DNA of 64,000 bases from Pseudogymnoascus verrucosus (taxonomy: Eukaryota): the NCBI GenBank assembly GCA_001662655.1, contig KV460206.1; one strand, written 5' to 3'. Shown one piece after another: positions 49,181 to 59,688 of the stretch. The stretch's first letter is position 1; each line of letters starts with the position of its first letter. Below the pieces are notes generated by a model. The model was not told the origin of the DNA. It was given only the letters and a program-made list of their open reading frames with translations, and ran no database searches. A program made the position numbers and the translations under genes.

Positions 49181-49354
49181 CCATCAAGGCAGTGCAGCAT
49201 TTGATACTACTAACCTCCGATCTCAAAATTAATAAATTCTTCCACACATTCATCACTGTGATAGGCATGACTACGAATACTACGCTATCATTGTACACGT
49301 AGATCTAGCTTTAACTGGCAGAAGAGCTGGTTAATATGATAGGAGGCTGAGAAT

Positions 49355-50549
49355 ATGTCATCGCGGCGCAAACATTCTAAGTCCCGTCATGGGTGTTCAC
49401 AGTGCAAAGCGGCTCATGTCAAGGTATGGAAGCTATATTTAACCACCCTATTCCCGAACTAATTAAATACAGTGTGACGTTGTACAACCAATATGCGGCA
49501 AATGTATGAAGACTGGAAAGAATTGTGAATTCAAAAATCTAGTTAATGCAAGATTTTTGAACACCCACTCTACATCATATAGTCAGGGCCATCCAACAAC
49601 CCCACCGCTGTTGGTAACGGGCCCCCAAGATAACACGACAATTGCTTCAGAGAATGTGTTATGGGATGAATTAGAGCTCATGCATCATTTTTCAACAGTC
49701 ACCTACGCAACATTGGCCACACGAAACGATCTTCGTCAAATGTGGCAAATCCAGGTCCCAAGGTTGGCGTTGAAGCAAAAATATCTAATTCACGGCCTTT
49801 TCAGTGTCGCAGCATTACACATGGCTCACTCCCATCTAGACAACCAATCTTCATACATTGATAGAGCCATCCGCCACCACGACATCTCCATCCGGGGATT
49901 CAGCTTAGAACTGCAGGGGAATATCACGAAAGAAAACATCGCATCATTATTCTCTTGCGCAGCCATGACCGCTATGTTTGCTTTCAGTCTCGCCATATTA
50001 AGACCGCATGAGGAGCCGAGTCGACCCATTGAGGAACTCTTTGGCATCTTTACGCTCCTACGAGGCATGCCGGTGGTCATAGGTGAAATGTGGAACTTGG
50101 TTAAAGAAAGCGAGATTGCGCCCATGTTCATAGGCAGACAGGTGGACGACTCAATTGTATTATCAGACGATGTCACAAACGCCATGAAGCTGCTTGAAGA
50201 CCGGAATCAGCTAACGTCGACGTTGGATTCGGATAGGCATACTTACGCCCTTGCCATTAAGGGGTTGAGGGATTGCTTTAAGCTGATATCGTCAAAGGAT
50301 CGGAATAACGGGATGGCGTTTAGTTGGCCTATCACTGTTAGTCAGGAGTATATTGCGTTTCTGCGCTCCCGACGGCAGATGGCTTTGGTGATTCTGGCGC
50401 ACTATGCTGTTATCCTTTATGGGGTCAGAGATACGTGGTGGGCGATGGGGTGGGGGAGTAAGCTGATCCAAGAGTTGGACCAGGTTGTGGAAGATGAGTG
50501 GAAGAGTCTGCTGGTATGGCCCATGGAGAATATTGTCAGGGGAAGGTGA
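49355..50549 (+). CDS. Zn(II)2Cys6 transcription factor with Upc2/Ecm22-like C-terminal domain; exons 49355-49423, 49473-50549
   Basis: RRKHSKSRHGCSQCKAAHVK|CDVVQPICGKCMKTGKNC has six Cys; ELELMHHFSTVT, YLIHGLFSVAALH, ALVILAHYAV...WWAMGWG...LVWP. Confidence 0.9.
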
Positions 50550-51201
50550 ATATAGTTAGTATTTGTATATCACAACAAGAGGGCCACGAGCATAGTCAAA
50601 CCAGTTCTAAATAGATTGTTTATATTGCCAGCGCAGTTTCAACTTAACCACAGTACCGCTACGCTACCAAAAGCCGGGAACAAGCTGACGTGCGCCACAG
50701 TGAGGTTGCCGTTGCACGGTTCAGCCCATAATGCGTAGAAGCTCATCTTATACATCCTGCTTCTTAACCCAACGCACCAAACATGCTCCTGTTGGTATAT
50801 CTATCATGCCAAATGGCCCCCCTGCCATCACCATACCTCTCGAGCACACCTACCACCACCACCACCACCACCACCATCCAGCCCCTCTGGCGGTATTACA
50901 GAGCTTGACCAAACCAGAAATCATCTTTTCTAGAAAAATAAAACGCCAGAATGCCAAATAATTTTCAAATGATGTAAAAACGACCCAAATGCAAACCCAA
51001 CCCCATCCCAAACCAATCCATGATTCCTAGCTTGATAAAGTTAAGCATTCCGCGAACATGCGCGCCCAGGAAAGAGTGGTGTTGAAAGAGATATACGGGC
51101 CCAGAAAACTCCGCCGCCATGGTTATATAAACGCAGGATATGTGAATGACCGATCTGTCAGTCTCTAGGAATAGAGCACGTAAATATGAAGAGTAGCATC
51201 G

Positions 51202-54200
51202 TTAGGTAATGACCGGCTTGGACGAGACAGGTTCGACCTTGGTGCTGCTAGGGTTCGGTTTGCTACCAGATGTGTCGCTGCTAGCTGCCCTGGCCTTGGC
51301 TGCGGCCAAGATTTTGCGGTGCATATCTTCGAGTGCGCGGCCCTGAGGCTTAGGGTCTAGTGGCCACTGAGAAGCAACATAGGTCCTGTAGAACGTTAGT
51401 ACTTGATTTAATATACCCGGTGAGTAGATCCCACTTACCAAAAACTTGGCCTCAGGGCAGACACGTCCTCGTCTGCCTCTAGGCTATCAATGAAGTTTCC
51501 AATGGTGACTAATTCGTTCTTCAAGAGATTCGCACGCTCCTTCTGAGACTTGATCTTCTCTTTAGTAGCACCCCCGACCCGTCGGAAAGCATCCTTCATT
51601 GGTCGGAAAATGACTCGCAACATTTGATCCTGCTCGTGGTTGCTGCTGCTCGAGCCGTTCTCAGACTTGCGGTGCTTGTGGCGATCAACACGGTCATCAT
51701 CTGCAGCACTATGTTTGCGCTTGAGATCGGGCTTGTGCCTGTGATCCTCGTGGCTCGAGCGGCCCCTCTCGTGACGATGATCACTCATGCGGTCACGTCC
51801 TTCAGATTGACGATGGGCCTTGCGGATCTGTGGCGCCGGTGACGCAGATACTGACGCGCTATGTTCGGCTCGGCGAATACCATTCTTCTTGTTATTCCGA
51901 TGGTGGTTTTCAACGGCTCGTCGGGCAGCTTGGTCATCCGAGTATCTTGCTTTCAAGACAGATAAGAGGTAATCAGCTCGTCGAACAAGATGCACGGCCC
52001 CAGGTGACTTGGCCGTTGTATCTTCACCTTGTATACGCAGCTCTTTTTTGTCTACGCGATGCTCTTCGAGGAATAGCTTTTCTTGTAGCCCTAGTTCAGA
52101 GTCATCCCGGATATCTGGCCAGGCTCCATAACCATGGCGGTGAATGCCAACAAGCAACATGCCGTCTTCTTTCGCACCCCACTCGCAGGAATAGTGCGCG
52201 GCCTTTGACGCCTCGGGAACCCTGAACTTTCCAAAGTCAGAAAATGCTTCAATGACCTCTTTCAGCATTCTCATCTCGCCCGGCCGTTCAATCACAGTCT
52301 CTGCATTTAAACGCTTCACCCCGAGGAAATCAAATAAGACAGCTTTCTTATCTTTCTTCGTAAGAGCCTTGTTAGACTCTCGTTCTTTAGCCTCCATTTC
52401 AGCACTAGCTGCCTTCAATCGTTTGTCACTCTCGTCAATGATAGATTGAAGCGTGGCCTTCAGCATGTCGCGGTCACGGCCGACAAGGCGAGCATCCTTG
52501 ATCAATTCGTCCGGTCTGTCATCAATGGAACCGTAGCGTAGGAAAGCTTTGAAGAGCCATCTAGCTTCTTTCTCATTAAGTTCTCTCTTTGGGTCCACCT
52601 TGTCGGCCTCCTTGAGCTCAAGTTCCTCTTGTTTAGCCAGGTCTCGTTCGCGCTTCTTCGCCAAACGTTGTTCACGCTCCTGTTCGGCAGTGACCTTTAA
52701 TGCAGCCTTTCGGGGTGCGTTTTCCTCGACGACCCTAGCCAAGTACTCTTCATGGGCCTTCTTTTCCTCCTCAGCTTTAATCCCCTCGAGCTGATCCTTC
52801 GGGATAATGTCATCCCACTCAAGGTCGAGCTTCACGTCGGTGTATTCGAAGCTTCTCAAAAAGTCCTCTCCTCCATCGGCGACCATGCCCTCGGGAACTT
52901 CCGTCCGGTGCTCTTCGGCATTTTCAAGAATAGAGTCGATATCCAATTCCTCCAATTTCTTCTGGTTGCCGGACTGTTCAAACATCTTCTGGCCTCGTTT
53001 CTTAAGAATGCGCGATATATCGTCTGAGGATTTTGGCTCTTCAATTTTCCCAGCTTTCTGTGCCTTCTCGCGGAGTTGGTTCATTTCCTTGTCTGTTACG
53101 CCGCGCTGAATAGTGATGAATTCTAGCATGAGCTTATTACGGGCGCGCTCAAGAATCTCTTCCTCAACAGTTTCTTTAGAAAGTAGTCGATAGACACTAA
53201 CTGGCCGCTTTTGTCCAATCCGATGGGCACGAGCCATAGCTTGAAGATCCGCCTGCGGATTCCAGTCAGAGTCGAAAATGATAACAGTATCTGCAGTCAT
53301 AAGATTAATGCCAAGACCGCCGGCACGCGTCGAAAGCAAGAAGCAAAAGTCCTGGCTGTCGTCTGCATTGAAATGATCAATGGCTAGCCTTCTTGGGCCA
53401 GAAGCCATGGTACCATCAAGTCTTTGAAAAGCGTGCCCGCGTAATTGTAAGTAGTCTCCGAGGATGTCGAGCATTTTTACCATTTGACTGAAAATTAGAA
53501 CACGGTGATTGTCCTTTTTGAGCTTCGTCAACAATCGATCCAAAAGCATCATCTTGCCACTGCTAGCAATGAGTCCTTTCAGCATGTCCTCGCGCCTGTC
53601 CGCTCCCTTCAAAATTTTATCCTCGGCGTTGGGGAACATGTATGGATGATTACTGGCCTTCTTCAATTCCATCATGATGTTGAGAAGAGATTGCTTTTGG
53701 CCCTTTGAACCTTCGTTGAGTGCGGCGTAGTTCCGAGTTAAAATATTTTTATAGTACTCCAATTGCACATCGGATAGTTCAACTCGGATGATCTTCTCAG
53801 TCTTTGGAGGAAGATCATTCTCAACCTTCTGCTTTGTCCGGCGCAAAATGTATGGCTGAATCTTAGTCGTCAATGCTGCAATCTTTTCTCCCGCAGCTTC
53901 CGAGGTCAGATCCATATCATCCTCAATATCAACCTCGCCAGGCATCAAGAAATCCATGAGCGCAGAAAGTTCACCGAGTGTATTTTGCACTGGAGTACCA
54001 GTAATGAGCAGCCGGCTGGGAGTTTTGAAATCCAAAAGTCTCTGGTAGAGCTGAGATTCTCTATTCTTCAGGCGGTGCGCTTCGTCAACCGCCATGAACT
54101 GCCACTTGATCTGGCCTAAAAAGTTGGCATCAGCCAAGATGTATTCGTAGGATGTGAGCAAGACATTAAACTTTGGCTTGCGAACATCCCCGCCCGACAA

Positions 54201-56460
54201 AAGCTCGCAGTCTCTTATGATACTACGGGATGATTCTTTGCCATTGTAGACAACATAGTTGGTGTCTGGTGCCCAAAAATCGAAGGTATCACCCCATGCT
54301 GGCATTGTTGACAAAGGGACGATGACCAAGAATGGGCCATTCTGATTTCGGTCATGGCGCAACCAACTCATGAACGAAACTGTCTGCACAGTTTTCCCGA
54401 GACCCATCTCGTCGGCGAGAATGACATTTTTGTTCTTGCTCCAATTGTATGCAAGAAAATTGAGTCCTGTGATCTGGAAGTCTCGAAGCTGGCCACCCTT
54501 GATATATGATGGTTGTTCACGGATTGGGACATGTGAACGTCGCGTATTCGGATTGGATTCAGACTTATCTGAAGTTAGTATTTGGGAAGTACGGTTTAAA
54601 TACCCGTCGATTTTGTCTTGAGCAATTTCGCCAATGAGAGTTTCCGATTCCCATGTACACGATTCGTAGTAGAGGCTTTTCCATTTGACGTAATATTCCG
54701 CTCCATCATCGCCATCTCTAACACCGATGACTCTCTCAACTTTAGTATAGTCAAGGAGGGCATCGGCATCTCGTTCTCTGTCTAGCATCCACTTCTCTTT
54801 TTCTTCCGGCTGAACATCAGGGTCGGTTGCGAAATAGACGTCTTGCAGGACAACCTTTCGATAGTAGTTCTCCAGCCGTCGGTGACCTCGGACAGTGCCT
54901 AAATAAACTGCATCCTCCCATGTGGCATGGTAGTATGACTTCCCTTGCCATTTAACGTAATACTCGAAGTCATCACGTGTTGAGCCCGACAGACTGATGT
55001 CGACACCGTCCTTCGGCCTGTGTTTGAGAACAACTTCGATATACGGAGAATTATCCTCGTATCCCTCAAGCGCTTGGATGGGCGTCATCATCTCTGAATC
55101 TTCCTCATCAGCTTCGCTTTCTTGGTATGCCCCAGCGGAGACCTGTGCCGCGCGACGGTTGCTCCATCTGGCAGCAGGCACTGGTAGTGCATCCATCTGT
55201 CGGCGCCGGTTCTTCTTTATTAGATTCCGGGCACGAGAGCCACCGTATGTGTCGGATTCGGAGTCATTGGATGCTGATCGAAATACTGGAGTCTCTCGTT
55301 TGGAAGCTATAACGACGAGTATCAGCAACGGCGGCAGCAGGAGTAGATGGACTGAACTTACTTGGTCGAGATTTTTCTGCTTTCCGCCTCTTTCGTGGGG
55401 CAACGTCTGAAGCAGTAGCATACTGATCTTCATCTTCATCGTCATCGCTATCAATCTGGAAACATTTAGGATACTCGCCCGGGTATTGCAGGTTGGATAT
55501 GTCTTACTATGGTGCGATGTTGGACAGGCCGGCCCTGGTTATGTCGCGTTAAAAACTAGTCCCACAGACGGTTCGGCGTTGATACGTACACTTCTGCGCA
55601 ATCCATATAGCTCTGGATTGGCTTTTATATGCTCATCGTCCTCTATCCCCAATTTTCTCTTTGTTGGACGTCGTGAATCGTGGGATGACGAACGGTCGAT
55701 GCGCGGGTGGTGATGGGCCACTGCCCGCATGCCCTCTTCTGCATCGAACTCGTCATTATCAGACCCCTTGTCGTTGTCATCTTCTGATTCATCGGAAGGT
55801 TCGGTGTCCTCAGCGGCGAAATCGGATTGGTGATGTGGTGTGCTCGACGGCGACGGCGAGGCTTCTGCCGCTGGGGCTTCACGTACTTCGGATAAGTCGC
55901 TTCCCGAGTGGTCTGAAGCGGCATCGTCGGCGACCGAGATATCCCCAACAGGAGAGTGGTATCCATTGGACATTGGGATGGAAGTAGTCGTGTCCATATT
56001 TCCTGACGGCGACGAGCTGCCTGCTATAAGACGGTAATGTCAGCGTGTATAAACTTCCAAATGAAGCAATCGGCATCGGGTTCACACGGTGTAGTGCGTC
56101 TGCCATCTGCGACGGTAAATCGATATGCACAGCGTCTAAAACACATCTAAATGGCTTAATATCCTCGCCGGCGCATTGCATTCGATGATATATCAGAATG
56201 AGGCTGATGAGTTGCACTCGGGGTAGTGGACACACGCGCTCCCAAAGCGCCCGCTCAAGTGAGTACAAAATCTGATAGGAACCTCAGAGAGTATGTATGC
56301 ATCAACTTCGACACTTCTACATGTCCAAGAACCTGAACAATGTAGCTGTATAGAAGACGGCGTAACTGTGAGCGGGCGGTAGGCACGGTGATAGCCTGGG
56401 AGCAACTGGAACACAATAAGGCAGCAAAAGAACGTTGGAAAAAGAATACTTACAAGCCAT
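51202..56460 (-). CDS. CHD1: Chromodomain helicase DNA-binding remodeller Chd1/Hrp3; exons 56460-56454, 56023-55590, 55534-55508, 55455-55362, 55306-51439, 51385-51202
   Basis: Tandem chromodomains (YYVKWQGKSYYHATWE; YYVKWKSLYYESCTWE); SNF2 motifs ILADEMGLGKTVQT, VDEAHRLKN, LLSTRAGGLGINL, DSDWNPQADLQAMARAHRIGQ. The 7-nt first exon ATGGCTT|GTAAGT splices in frame but is less certain; the alternative start is 55997. Confidence 0.95.
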
Positions 56461-56875
56461 AATGAAAAGGCCTTCCAGGCAGCTTAATCAAGAGGTATTA
56501 TCCGTCAATGACTGGTGGAATTGGTTGTTGTCGTACATGAAGGAGACGTTGACTTCATTCACACTGAAGACCGTGAAGCTGGACTGGACTACTCAGTGGT
56601 TACATTCAACATGAAGACTCGCTTACACCGGAATTAGCGCGGGCCGTTTCACACGAATGAGCACAGATCAAAAGGATTTTGTCATCGCGGGGACCCACGC
56701 TACCACCAAACAAATCTCGACGCCAAAGTCACAAACCCGACATTCTCCAAACTCGAAATATAAATATTTTTTGTCGCTTTGCCACAATATTCGACGTTAT
56801 CTTTGAAATAAATAGGGGCCCAAAACCATCAAATACCCGGCTCGTTTGAGTGGCTCTTAAGCCGGAGAACCCAAG

Positions 56876-59094
56876 ATGGCTGATAAACTTACCAGGTATG
56901 CCACGCCACCGTTCATGGCTTTAGAAGCATTAACCCAGGCAGCTCACTGGATATTATTGGGCTGTCTTGCTGTAATATATACTGATTGTTTGATTTGAAT
57001 AGAATCGCGATCGTCAATGGCGACAAGGTGCGAAACATATTGCCACCATGGCTACCCCACTACTACCCCGCGTTGAAGTTTAAGGGATCATAAATGCTAA
57101 TTAAGCCCGTCGCATATAGTGCAAACCGAAGGTATATACATTTGTTCGAACGATAATGGTATGATGCTAACGATGGAAATAGAAATGTAGGCAAGAGTGC
57201 AAGAAATCGTGCCCAGTTGTTCGCAGTGGTCGTCTCTGTATCGAAGTCGACTCCTCATCGAAAATCGCTTTCATATCCGAGACACTATGCATAGGATGTG
57301 GTATTTGCCCCAAGAAGTGCCCATTCGGCGCGATCAACATTATCAACCTGCCGACCAACCTCGAGTCCCAGGTTACCCATCGTTATTCCGCGAATAGCTT
57401 CAAGCTGCATCGCCTGCCCATGCCAAGACCCGGGCAGGTGCTTGGTCTTGTCGGAACCAACGGTATCGGAAAGAGTACGGCCCTGAAGATCCTGAGTGGG
57501 AAGCTCAAGCCCAATCTCGGAAGATTTGACAACCCCCCAGACTGGGAAGACGTCATCAAATACTTCCGTGGCTCGGAACTACAAAGTCGGTGAACCCTGC
57601 GAGAGTGGAGAAAGCAAATGTTCTGACAAAGGCTACAGACTATTTCACGAAACTCCTCGAAGACGACCTCAAGGCTGTCGTAAAGCCCCAATATGTCGAC
57701 CAAATCCCCAAAGCTGTGCGTGCGCCAGACAAGTCTGTCCAGGCCTTGATCGAGGGCAGGTCTCAGATGGATAACCTCAAGGAAGTCTGTGATGTTTTGG
57801 GTGAGCAGATATACTCATTTATATTGACTGTTGTACTAATTACACACAGAGTTGAACCATGTTATGGATCGTGATATCAACCTTCTTTCCGGAGGAGAGC
57901 TTCAACGTTTCGCCATCGGAACAGTCTGTGTCCAGCAAGCCGATGTCTACATGTTTGACGAGCCGTCGTCCTACCTGGATGTGAAGCAGCGTCTGAGTGC
58001 AGCCAAGATCATTCGCTCCCTTCTCAAATCATCTAACTACGTGATTTGTGTCGAGCACGATTTGTCCGTCCTGGATTATCTTTCCGACTTCATCTGTGTG
58101 CTCTACGGTCGCCCAGCAGTATACGGTGTTGTTACTATGCCTGCATCGGTCCGTGAGGGCATCAATATTTTCTTGGATGGACATATCCCAACCGAGAACT
58201 TGCGATTCCGAGATGAGTCCTTGACTTTCCGCATCGCAGAAGCCGGAGACGAATTCATCGTTGATCGTTCGCGCGCCTTCCAATACCCGTCCATGGAGAA
58301 GACTCTAGGAAACTTCCATCTTACGATTGACGAGGGTGACTTTACGGACTCGGAAATTATTGTGATGATGGGAGAGAACGGAACGGGAAAGACGACATTC
58401 TGTAAGATGCTGGCTGGCGCTACAAAGCCCGATGGAAACAGAAAGGTCCCCGACATGAAGATCAGCATGAAGCCCCAGAAGATCACACCTAAGTTTGACG
58501 GCAGTGTTCGCCAGTTGTTCTTCAAGAAGATCAAGACTGCGTTCCTTTCTCCCCAGTTCCAGACCGATGTTGTCAGGCCATTGAAGCTCGACGATTTCAT
58601 TGATCAGGAAGTGAAGAACCTGTCCGGAGGAGAATTGCAACGTGTGGCTATCGTCCTCGCCCTTGGTATGCCGGCTGATATTTACCTAATCGATGAGCCG
58701 TCTGCCTACCTCGATTCCGAGCAGCGTATTATTGCTGCTCGCGTCATCAAGCGATTCATCATGCACTCGAAGAAGACAGCCTTCGTCGTAGAGCACGATT
58801 TCATCATGGCAACTTATCTCGCCGATCGTGTCATCGTCTTCGACGGTGAGCCCGGAATTGAGGCTCGCGCTCACACACCCGAGTCCCTGCTTACTGGTTG
58901 CAACAAGTTCCTCAAGAACCTTGATGTTACCTTCCGCCGTGACCCGACCAACTTCAGGCCACGTATCAACAAGCTGAACTCTCAGCTGGACCAGGAACAG
59001 AAGTTAAGTGGAAACTACGTGAGTATTTTCCATCCATATGCCCTAGAAATTTACTAACAAGGCCTAGTTCTTCCTGGATGAAGATAAGAGTTGA
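56876..59094 (+). CDS. RLI1: Ribosome recycling ABC ATPase Rli1/ABCE1; exons 56876-56895, 57003-57027, 57120-57131, 57183-57585, 57639-57800, 57850-59018, 59068-59094
   Basis: [32 protein letters not shown] and [13 protein letters not shown] (Fe-S), GTNGIGKST, two [17 protein letters not shown]. All six introns restore frame. Confidence 0.97.
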
Positions 59095-59688
59095 AAAGGG
59101 CACTCTATATAAAAACACACCGGCTTTAGATGCATCATTAGGCGTTACTGGGTTGGCATCAGGAGCGGTATTGCATAGAGGGGGCTCTCCTGGATTGGCT
59201 GAGGAGGAAGATGTTAACGAAGACGACGATCCGGATGATTAACGATGGCGGCGGCGCTCTATCCCCTGTTGCCTGGTCCTACACTGATAGCCGTTCTCTT
59301 TTCTGAACATGGTATAGATTGAGGGGCAATGGATTAAGCGGATGAGTGCCGTCTGGGTGGTGATTTAAAGCTAGCATGGAGAACAAAAATCTTCCACTGT
59401 TGGCATAGTCATTCATATTAAGTATTGAAACGACCTGAGCCCGAAATGGATTCATCTACGGCTTTAAAACTAGTTCATCGAATAAAAGCAAAGAGATACG
59501 ATATACACACCAGATGCCCCACTAGTTGTCCCTGGGCTTTATGATCGTGATTCGGATGTCTCTTTTGGTGCTGTTAAACATTGGCTTGAATCGAACTGTC
59601 ATGTGGCCGAGGTTATCGTGTTAGGCAAAAAATGTTAACTTGTTACGTACAGGTCTTGTACAACGCCTTCCGATGGCATGTTAGTTCC

